From positions 60,001 through 92,000 of the forward strand of contig NC_009927.1 of NCBI RefSeq assembly GCF_000018105.1: DNA of 32,000 nt, read 5' to 3'. Position 1 is the first letter of the stretch. The number at the start of each line of letters is the position of its first letter. Positions 8,027-15,492 of this stretch are shown here, piece after piece. Under the pieces are notes generated by a model. That model did no database searches. It was not told the DNA's origin and saw nothing but the letters and a program-made list of their open reading frames with translations. This DNA is from Acaryochloris marina MBIC11017 (lineage in GTDB: Bacteria; Cyanobacteriota; Cyanobacteriia; Thermosynechococcales; Thermosynechococcaceae). The position numbers were made by a program, and so were the translations under genes.

Positions 8027-8499
8027 TTCTCTTCTACTAAATTTTCAATTTTACTAATTATCGCTTTAGTTTTAAGGATGGTTTCCCCATACTGTTCAAC
8101 CCTAACATTAATAGTGTCACGGGTTTCTAAATATTTTTTGGGAAATGTAAGGTGAGCAGTTATCTCTTGTTCTGAATCTATTTCCATTGTCACTAATAAT
8201 TGATTAACACAATAATTCCCTGAATCGTCATTATCTTCTATATAAGTACCATCCTTTTTATATTCAGTCCAGCCGATGCTTTGGCCGCTAATAATCCAAT
8301 ATATACGCTTATTAATAATATTTTGTTTTAGCCCATCTGTAGTAGAGTGATTTTCACATCCTCGTTCAGATGTCGGGGTTTCAAGTATTTGAGCTTCAGC
8401 TTCTAATATACTTCCTTGGATAGGAAGAGTATTAGCTATTTCACCGAAGCTAAATCCAACAGAAGAAATAGTAAGGCAAATAAGAAATTTGTAGTTCAT
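8023..8499 (-). CDS. secreted hypothetical protein, AT-rich gene
   Basis: 158 aa with a signal-peptide-like N-terminus (MNYKFLICLTISSVGFSFG). Two 60-nt lines counted by hand (8041-8100, 8281-8340) are each 18/60 G+C, against 31/60 for a line in the RTX gene. Confidence 0.6.
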   Translation of the reverse strand: MNYKFLICLTISSVGFSFGEIANTLPIQGSILEAEAQILETPTSERGCENHSTTDGLKQNIINKRIYWIISGQSIGWTEYKKDGTYIEDNDDSGNYCVNQLLVTMEIDSEQEITAHLTFPKKYLETRDTINVRVEQYGETILKTKAIISKIENLVEEK

Positions 8500-8668
8500 T
8501 TATTAATATTTTTATGATGTGACGGCTAAAATCTATTTATTGATTAGCACAATCTTAATCTAGAATCCCGAAGAATATATTTGGTCCCTGCTTCAAAAAG
8601 TATTCTTTAAGACTTTTACTTTGGTAAATGTGTCATTTAAACTAGCGGTGCATCACAGGACTCCCCCC

Positions 8669-9169
8669 ATGAAACCCCCAATCATCAGCCTCAACCCCAA
8701 GCCCATCCCTCAGACCACCCCAGGCCAACCCAAGCCCGCCCCTTCCGCTCAAAAGCTCCTAAGCAAAACAGCATTCCCCAAGAAGGCACCGGAGGGTACA
8801 TGGCCACCTAAGCGAGAACCAAGACATGAGGAACTGGGAGGAATACGTCACAGTTCTAGGCGAACTTCCCGGACAACCAGACCAAAGAAAGTACCTCAGT
8901 CGGCATCCTCAGAAAACCTCCAGGTTAGTCAACCGCGAACTCCAAGAGAATCAGCAGAGCTTGAGAGACTATTTCGCAATCTGGAGCTGAGTCAGAAGGA
9001 TTTTGTTGAGCAAGTTAAAAAGGGAGGGGATGTTGTCGTTGGGCACCGTCAGAAGAATAAGGGGATGAGTTGGTCTGAGAGAGGAAGTCGAGCCTTAGGC
9101 ATACTGAAAACCGTGGAGCTTAATGGTCAATGGGAACAGCTTTGGTTCCCTCAAACCATTGCAGAGTAA
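8669..9169 (+). pseudogene. chimeric ORF: truncated paralog of the 11580..12191 gene fused to a DDE-transposase C-terminal tail
   Basis: Positions 8669 to about 9010 align with 11580 to about 11920 at nucleotide level (MKPPIISLNPKPIPQTT.. vs MTNPIISLNPKPIPQTT..; ..SAELERLFRNLELSQKDFVEQ vs ..SAELERRFRNLELKQKNLVEQ). The rest (KGMSWSERGSRALGILKTVELNGQWEQLW) resembles the conserved tail of ISKra4/ISLre2-like transposases, from memory. Confidence 0.55.
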
Positions 9170-9283
9170 GAAAACCCGGAATAATTTACAGGTGGGATTT
9201 TTCCAGACATCTATTCGACAAGTGTGTAGTAGATCGCAAGTCTCAAATATATGATTCCAATTCATCAAGGATTTTTGTAACTT

Positions 9284-9647
9284 ATGGCAACCAGCACCCC
9301 TCCACCTATCTATCCTGATGAAGCACTTGGGGCTAGCGGCCTTCTTGGCATCTGGCAGTTGCTCAAGTTTTCTCGAAAACCGATTGAATTTTCGGTCAAA
9401 TCTGCACAAGAATATGGAGACGCGGCAAGAATTAGCATTGGTTCGATTCACGTCTATATTTTTCATCATCCTGACCTGATTTCCGAAGTCCTCAGCAAAA
9501 AAAACGAACACTTTATTAAGGACATTAGCTATCGTTCTCTAGCAGGATTCCTTGGTAATGGACTTCTACTTATTGATGGAGAACATTGGCAGAAACATCG
9601 ACGCCTCATGCAACCTGCTTTCACTCAAGATAAGGTATCTACCTATA
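9284..9647 (+). pseudogene. cytochrome P450, N-terminal part (interrupted by an IS)
   Basis: The ORF reads ...HPDLISEVLSKKNEHFIKD...LIDGEHWQKHRRLMQPAFTQDKVSTY and then runs into the IS inverted repeat. Confidence 0.85.
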
Positions 9648-10581
9648 GAACTCATTTGAGATCTTTTGCCTAATACGCGAAACTGCTAGAAGCGTTCTAT
9701 TTCAATTGTTATGGCCTACTCAAGCAGTCTGACTGATGCCGAATGGGAAATCCTCAAACCACTGTTACCAGAATTTCTACCCCCCAAGAAAAAGACAAGG
9801 CCTCTGATCTGGAGTTACAGAGAGCTGATTGATGGGATGCTTTATCGACTCAAAAATGGGTGCAACTGGGAGGACCTGCCCAAAGACTTTCCCCCCTCCT
9901 CAACGGTCTTTTGGCACTACAACGTGTGGCGCAAAGCAGGCTCGATTGAGACATTGATGACGCTGCTGCATGGACAGGTTCGTGAGCAGGTAAAAAAAAG
10001 TCCAAATGGACAACGTTGATAATGGCAGACTCGCAAGCGGTGAAGAACACTTGCAATGCGAGGGTGGAGTCGAAAGGGTTCTGTTTCTACAAAGCCACCA
10101 ATGGAATCAAGCGCCATCTAGCTGTTGATACCCTTGGCTTTCCATTCTTTACCCTTTGCACCCCCGCAAATGTCTCAGACGATATGGGCTTACTGATGAT
10201 GTTGACCCTCAATATTGAGTACTTCAAAGCCAAGCCGGTCAATATCCCTAAAATCACTTTTTTGTTGGACAACGGCTATCACGTGGACACCTTGACTCAG
10301 AAGCTTGGGGCAATCTATCCAGCCATCATGAGAAAGATCAGATTTGAGCTATCGCCGAAACCCTCAAAAGCAGAAAAAGCGGCTCAAGGGAAAACGGGCT
10401 TTGTTCCGGTTGCAACCCGGTGGGTCATTGAGCGTTCCAACGCTTGGATGGAGCGCTGTAAGAGCCTGACTAAGAACTTTGAACGAACGCTTGTGAATGC
10501 AAAAGCGCAAATGGATTTGTGCTTCGTCAGGCTTATGCTGAAGAGACTTGCGGCTAATTCTTAAAGATCTCAAATGGGTTC
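9648..10581 (+). mobile_element. IS5-family insertion sequence (IS427/IS1031-like), 934 bp
   Basis: 19-bp terminal inverted repeats GAACTCATTTGAGATCTTT (9648-9666) and AAAGATCTCAAATGGGTTC (10563-10581), matching at 18/19. A TATA direct repeat flanks both ends (9644-9647 and 10582-10585). The element has a two-ORF transposase. Confidence 0.9.
9711..10564 (+). CDS. IS5-family transposase, two ORFs joined by a -1 frameshift in an A8 run
   Basis: OrfA (9711..10019) has the LTDAEWEILKPLLP HTH-type N-terminus. OrfB (10016..10564) carries the DDE-domain region (ADSQAVKN...KRHLAVDTLG...RWVIERSNAWM). The A8 tract at 9992-9999 lets the -1 frame read ..QVKKKSKWTTLIMADSQ... Confidence 0.85.
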
Positions 10582-10585
10582 TATA

Positions 10586-11577
10586 TTGCAACGGCTATAG
10601 AAGAGACTAACAAAATGCTCGGCACTTGGAAGACTGGAGAAATCCATGATATCCATCAAGATATGAGCCAGCTTACTGTGAAGGTGATTACCAAAGTACT
10701 CTTTGGCGTTGATATCACACAAATGGCCTTAGAGATTGGGGATGCTCTAGAATCAATCTTGCTTCAGTACTATCACAAGGCACAGACTAGCTTCTTGCTA
10801 CCATCTTGGGTGCCTACACCGGGCAATCTTAGAGCTAATCGGGCTATAGAATACCTTAATAAGCTGGTCATCGACATCATTGAACAGCGTCGAGAATCTC
10901 CACAAGATGATTTGTTATCTAGTCTGCTCTTAGCTCAGGATGAAGATGGCAGTCAGCTTTCTATGAAAGAGCTGCGTGATGAGGTGATGACACTCTTACT
11001 CGCAGGGCATGAAACCACTGCCACGGCACTGACTTGGACATTAATGTTGTTGGCTCAAAATCCAGAGGTTGCACAAAAGCTAGCCTCAGAAACTCAATCG
11101 GTCCTGGAGGGAAGGGCACCAGGCATCACAGACCTACCGCGCTTGCCATACACAGAGATGGTTCTCAAAGAGTCGATGCGTCTGTATCCACCAGCTTGGG
11201 CATTGAGTCGAGAAGTAGCCCAAGATTGTATGATTGGCCCTTATTTCCTGAAAAGAGGAACATCTGTTTTTTTTAGTCAATGGGTTGTTCATCGAGATAC
11301 CCGGTTTTTTGACAATCCAGAACAGTTTTTACCAGAGCGGTGGCAGGATAATCTAGAGCTAAATCTGCCACGCTGTGCATATTTCCCCTTTGGAGCAGGA
11401 CCCAGGGGGTGCATTGGCCAAGCTTTTTCCATAATGGAGGCGACGCTAATACTGGCGATGATTTTAAAGCAAAATTACTTCAAGCTTGTCCCGGACCAGG
11501 CTATTGAGCTGTTACCGTCAATAACATTGCGTCCAAAATATGGAATTAAGATGATTTTGGAGTCTTCCAACCTCTAA
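10586..11577 (+). pseudogene. cytochrome P450, C-terminal part
   Basis: Contains the I-helix LLLAGHETTA, EXXR (ESMR) and the heme-binding loop FPFGAGPRGCIGQAF. Joining 9647 to 10586 restores one 1356-nt frame (..QDKVSTYIATAIEETNKMLGTW..). Confidence 0.9.
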
Positions 11578-11579
11578 CC

Positions 11580-12191
11580 ATGACCAACCCAATCATCAGC
11601 CTCAACCCCAAGCCCATCCCTCAGACCACCACAGACCAACCCAATCCCGCCCCTTCCGCACCCAAGCTTCTAAGCAAAACAACCTTCCCAAAGAGGGCAC
11701 CAGAGGGAACCCGACCAGCCAAGCGGGAACCAGGGCATGAGGAGCTGGGAGGAATACGTCGGATTGTTAGGCGAACTCCCCGATCAGCCAAACCTGAGTA
11801 CACTCCCAAGACCCGGACCTCAGAAACTCCCCAGACCAGTCAACCGAGAACCCCTAGAGTGTCGGCAGAGCTGGAGAGGCGATTCAGGAATCTTGAGCTA
11901 AAACAGAAGAATTTGGTGGAGCAGACCAGGACGCGAGGGGAGCTGGAGTATCTGGCTGTTGCCAAGAATGGCTCAGGGAGATTCTGGATTACCGTGGCAG
12001 GAACGGGGAAACCCTTTGTGAGGGAATCGTTTGCTACACCGGGATTTTGCTGGGAGTGCGCGGTTGAGATTGAAGAGAGCTTTGAGATTTTGCAGGTGAT
12101 TGAGCTGCGGCCAGGTGAGACTATGGAGCGGATCGGGGAGATGATCGGGGTGTGGTTGGAGAGGGAGCGGGTGAGTAGGGTTTGGGGGTGA
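11580..12191 (+). CDS. hypothetical protein with a proline-rich N-terminal half
   Basis: 203-aa ORF whose ATG lies 2 nt after the P450 stop. The N-terminal ~110 aa are paralogous to the 8669.. ORF. The C-terminal ~90 aa (GELEYLAVAKNGSGRFWITVAG...) were not recognised. Confidence 0.6.
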   Translation: MTNPIISLNPKPIPQTTTDQPNPAPSAPKLLSKTTFPKRAPEGTRPAKREPGHEELGGIRRIVRRTPRSAKPEYTPKTRTSETPQTSQPRTPRVSAELERRFRNLELKQKNLVEQTRTRGELEYLAVAKNGSGRFWITVAGTGKPFVRESFATPGFCWECAVEIEESFEILQVIELRPGETMERIGEMIGVWLERERVSRVWG

Positions 12192-12266
12192 TCAGCCTGA
12201 GACCTTTTGTTTCAATGTGAAGGTGGAGTAAGACAATAGTCTCAAGCTGTTCAAGGGGTTAGAAAT

Positions 12267-12881
12267 ATGAACAAGGTCCTCACAGATTGGGTCACAGTCA
12301 AAAACTTAGATATCCAAAACCGTTCCTTATTATTCCGTGTGGGAGGGCAAGATCGTGCTGGAGTAGTCGCCAAAGTTACTGGGTTATTGGAACTCCAGCA
12401 CCTATATGTGGAAGCCATTCAGTTTAATCTGATTTTGCCCGAACAAAACCAATTTGAGATGGAAATTCTCGCCAAAGGAGCCCTAGAAGATTTGACCTGC
12501 ATTCAAGGTCGCATCCAATCTAATCAATTTTTGCAGCCTGTCTCTGCTGCCCAAAACACCTATCTCTATTGGCCGCAGGCTTACATGATGCATCTTGCCT
12601 TAAACACGCCAGACCAAGAAGGTCTTATTGCCAGAATTTCGAATATCGTTAGTACCCCTCGCGATAACAACAATCCGTTTAGTGCAGGGAATTTTGTCTA
12701 TTTAGCAGGCATTACCCATAATTCAGATGGTCCTCAGGGAGGCACCGCCTATTTTAGTGTACGAGCCAACATAGCCAGTCAGTCTTTGGAAGTACAACAC
12801 CAGATTCAGAATCATCTATTGGAATGGGCTAAAGAGAGTTGTATTGAAGAAGATATATGGATCCGTGATCTCAATCCTTGA
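12267..12881 (+). CDS. ACT-domain protein (two ACT-like domains, GcvR-like architecture)
   Basis: Contains GGQDRAGVVAKVTGLLELQHLYVE... and ..NTPDQEGLIARISNIVS.., which are typical ACT beta-alpha starts. Confidence 0.6.
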   Translation: MNKVLTDWVTVKNLDIQNRSLLFRVGGQDRAGVVAKVTGLLELQHLYVEAIQFNLILPEQNQFEMEILAKGALEDLTCIQGRIQSNQFLQPVSAAQNTYLYWPQAYMMHLALNTPDQEGLIARISNIVSTPRDNNNPFSAGNFVYLAGITHNSDGPQGGTAYFSVRANIASQSLEVQHQIQNHLLEWAKESCIEEDIWIRDLNP

Positions 12882-13290
12882 ACGAGGTAGCGATAATTTT
12901 TTGTCTAAGTTTTAGTGAAAATAAGATATGGGTCGAATATTTTATGTTGGCGCAGTCCGATTTTCCGATTTAGTAGAGATCAAAGAGGGCTAAGACAAAT
13001 CTTTCAAACTGCTCTAGGGTCAAGTAGGTGTGAATCCATTGATTAGACTAGGTTTGAGATATCTGCACTCCTAATCGAACGTCAAACTAAAGGCTGGAGC
13101 CATTTTAGTCTGCGTCGGTGTGATGTTTGAGTCTATCACTGGCTAATCACCTGGTCTGTCTACATGGAAGTGTCTGAAGATTTTCAAAGGGGTGAGGTTG
13201 TTGAACCGCTTCCAAAATGACATTAGATCCTCCAGCAAAGCTGACTCATAATTTTACGTTTTGGTCAGTTTTTGGTAATCACAATTTAGA

Positions 13291-13307
13291 ATGATAATCA
13301 TTATCAT
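13291..13307. promoter_or_regulatory. Fur-family (Zur/Fur-type) operator, box A
   Basis: Perfect 8-1-8 palindrome ATGATAATcATTATCAT. In context, tAGAATGATAATCATTATC matches the classical 19-bp Fur box GATAATGATAATCATTATC at 17/19. It overlaps a TAGAAT -10-like hexamer (13287-13292) upstream of the COG0523 gene. Confidence 0.75.
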
Positions 13308-13484
13308 AATGAAAAACCTCATCCCTCTCATTATTTGTGAACCATCGGATTGATATTGCCATTATTGGGGCAGGTCCCCAGGCGCTCACCCTCTTTACTC
13401 AGCAATTGGAGGACACCATTGACTAACTCAACTGCAAGCGTTCAAACATCCCAATCCCTCGACATCAAGCTGCCCAAAAAAGGC

Positions 13485-14522
13485 ATGCCCGTTACGATCA
13501 TTACGGGGTTTCTAGGAAGTGGCAAAACCACACTCCTCAACCATATTCTCAATACCAGCCAAGACCTGAAGGTCGCCGTACTGGTCAATGAGTTTGGCGA
13601 TATTGATATTGACAGTCAGCTGTTGACCACCATTGATCAAGATATGGTCCAGCTAACCAATGGCTGCATCTGCTGCACGATCAATGATGACCTGGTGGAG
13701 GCGGTCTATTCCGTCCTAGAGCGAGAGGAAAAAATTGATCATATGGTCATCGAAACCACGGGGGTGGCAGATCCGCTACCGATTATTCTCACCTTCGTTG
13801 GTTCTCAACTGAGAGACTTAACGACTTTAGATTCCGTTATTACCTTGGTGGATTCAGAAACCTTTACCCCGGAATGTTTTCAGAGTGAGGCGGCCCTGAA
13901 TCAAATTACCTTTGGCGATATTGTCGTTCTCAACAAAACCGACCTAGCCGCTGATCAAAAGGTGGAAGAACTAGAGCAGTGGATTCGTGAGCAAAAATGG
14001 GGTGCGAGGCTGTTGCGATCTCAACAGGGCCAAGTCCCTCTACCCCTGATTCTGGATACTACCCTCTTTGATCCCAAAGCATATGAAGAGGAAGTCAAAG
14101 CCTTTGCGGAGCAGGGGACTCATCATGATGAACATGACCATCACCATCATGATGAACATGACCACCACCACGGCGAACATGACCATCATCACCATGGCGA
14201 TCACGATCATCACCATCATCATTCTGAGCACCTCACCATAGATGGATTTTCGTCAATGGCCTTTGAAAGCGATCGGCCCTTTGTTCTAGAAAAAATGCAG
14301 GCTTTCATTACCGATCAGCTACCAGAAGATGTCTTTCGAGCTAAGGGTTTTATGTGGTTTGAGAAAAATACATCCCGCTATATTTTTCAGCTCAGTGGCA
14401 AGCGCTATACGATGGACAGCGATCAGTGGCCTGATACCCCAAAAAATCAGCTGGTCTTTATTGGCCGCAATATTGACACAGCTCAGCTAAAACAACTGCT
14501 AACGGATTGCTTGGCCCCCTAA
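13485..14522 (+). CDS. COG0523 (CobW/ZigA/YeiR-type) metallochaperone GTPase with a His-rich insert
   Basis: Walker A GFLGSGKTT, metal motif GCICC, ETTGVADP and NKTDL. The His-rich segment is HHDEHDHHHHDEHDHHHGEHDHHHHGDHDHHHHHSEH. The start is uncertain: ATG 13485 (MPVTIITG), or TTG at 13419 or 13350. Confidence 0.9.
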   Translation: MPVTIITGFLGSGKTTLLNHILNTSQDLKVAVLVNEFGDIDIDSQLLTTIDQDMVQLTNGCICCTINDDLVEAVYSVLEREEKIDHMVIETTGVADPLPIILTFVGSQLRDLTTLDSVITLVDSETFTPECFQSEAALNQITFGDIVVLNKTDLAADQKVEELEQWIREQKWGARLLRSQQGQVPLPLILDTTLFDPKAYEEEVKAFAEQGTHHDEHDHHHHDEHDHHHGEHDHHHHGDHDHHHHHSEHLTIDGFSSMAFESDRPFVLEKMQAFITDQLPEDVFRAKGFMWFEKNTSRYIFQLSGKRYTMDSDQWPDTPKNQLVFIGRNIDTAQLKQLLTDCLAP

Positions 14523-14581
14523 TCCTTGATGTCGCTATAACTCATCCCGATTTCATAGCGCGGTAGATATGGCAATTCGGT

Positions 14582-14620
14582 TTGTTGCATCGTTATCCAG
14601 GACTGCAACAACACTTTTTT
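14582..14620 (+). terminator. rho-independent terminator after the COG0523 gene
   Basis: 8-bp stem TTGTTGCA / TGCAACAA (14582-14589 and 14604-14611) followed by CAC and TTTTTT (14615-14620). Confidence 0.6.
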
Positions 14621-14752
14621 AGAGTCAGATTGGAAGTTTCGCTGGGACAGGAATCAATAGCCTTATACCTCTGAAATTGACCACTTGCCTTCTAATAAAC
14701 AGCTCAGTAGCATAGCTTATTCAATTTAACTTCACTGAGGATATACAGAAGA

Positions 14753-15148
14753 ATGGTTACACTCAAAGACGCACGCCGGATCATTGCAGCTGCTGAGAAA
14801 AAGGCAGAGGAAATTGGCCAACCGATGAATATTGCAGTCGCAGACAGTGGTGGCAATTTAGTTTCTCATGTAAGGATGGATGGAGCCTGGATTGGTAGTA
14901 TTGACATCTCAATTAAAAAGGCCTATACATCGCGGGCTTTCGACATCTCCACCAAAGACTTAGCTGAACATAGCCAATCTGGGGGACAATTTTTTGGAAT
15001 ACATGCTTCCAACGGGGGACAAATCATGATCTTCGCTGGAGGGATACCTCTGATGCAAGATGGTGAAGTTGTTGGCGCTATAGGTGTCAGTGGTGGCTCA
15101 GGAGAGCAAGATCATGCTGTTGCAGAGGCTGGTGCAGACGCCTTTTAA
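14753..15148 (+). CDS. GlcG/HbpS-like (DUF336) heme/tetrapyrrole-binding protein
   Basis: 131 aa. The sequence ..IAVADSGGNLVSHVRMDGAWIGSIDISIKKAYTSRAF....GGIPL..DGEVVGAIGVSGGSGEQDHAVAEAG is the family signature. Confidence 0.85.
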   Translation: MVTLKDARRIIAAAEKKAEEIGQPMNIAVADSGGNLVSHVRMDGAWIGSIDISIKKAYTSRAFDISTKDLAEHSQSGGQFFGIHASNGGQIMIFAGGIPLMQDGEVVGAIGVSGGSGEQDHAVAEAGADAF

Positions 15149-15250
15149 GTGAAGAAGTTAGCGCGGTTGCGACCGACGTTATTAATGCTGATGAGTTGGG
15201 GTTTTTTTATCAAAAAAAACAGTACTGTGAGCCGGAGGAGTTGAGTGTTG

Positions 15251-15290
15251 GCGACTGTCTTTGACAAAACTCAGCTTCAAAGACAGTCGC
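15251..15290. other. perfect 14-bp hairpin between convergent genes (possible bidirectional terminator)
   Basis: Stem GCGACTGTCTTTGA / TCAAAGACAGTCGC with a 12-nt loop. No clear U-tract. Confidence 0.35.
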
Positions 15291-15492
15291 TTGGTACTCA
15301 GTGACTGTATTGGATAAGTATATCGATGACTTAGCTAAAGAATTGATTGAGAATACCGCAGGCAATACCCCATGTTTGCCACTCTCGATTCAAGAATGCA
15401 GATGCCCAACGAGCTGAATTGACGGAGCATGCTTGGGAATGGCGAGGTTTAGTATCCTATCCCAAATTTATTGGGGCATAATCATCAGATCT

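Noticed and set aside
9251-9280. A 9-codon mini-ORF (MIPIHQGFL) ending 3 nt before the P450 ATG, considered as a biarylitide-like RiPP precursor
   Set aside because: Known P450-crosslinked mini-precursors have an aromatic-x-aromatic/His core such as MxYxH. This peptide lacks that pattern, has no visible SD, and the P450 looks like a generic cyanobacterial CYP. It is most likely a chance ORF.
13350-13484. Upstream TTG starts (13350, 13419) for the COG0523 gene
   Set aside because: These are not firmly rejected. TTG 13419 would give MTNSTASVQTSQSLDIKLPKKG-MPVTIITG, which resembles the N-termini of some homologs. The ATG at 13485 was chosen as the conservative call.
14040-14231. ORF antisense to the His-rich tract (MLRMMMVMIVIAMVMMVM...)
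   Set aside because: It is an artefact of the reverse complement of CAT/CAC repeats inside the COG0523 gene.
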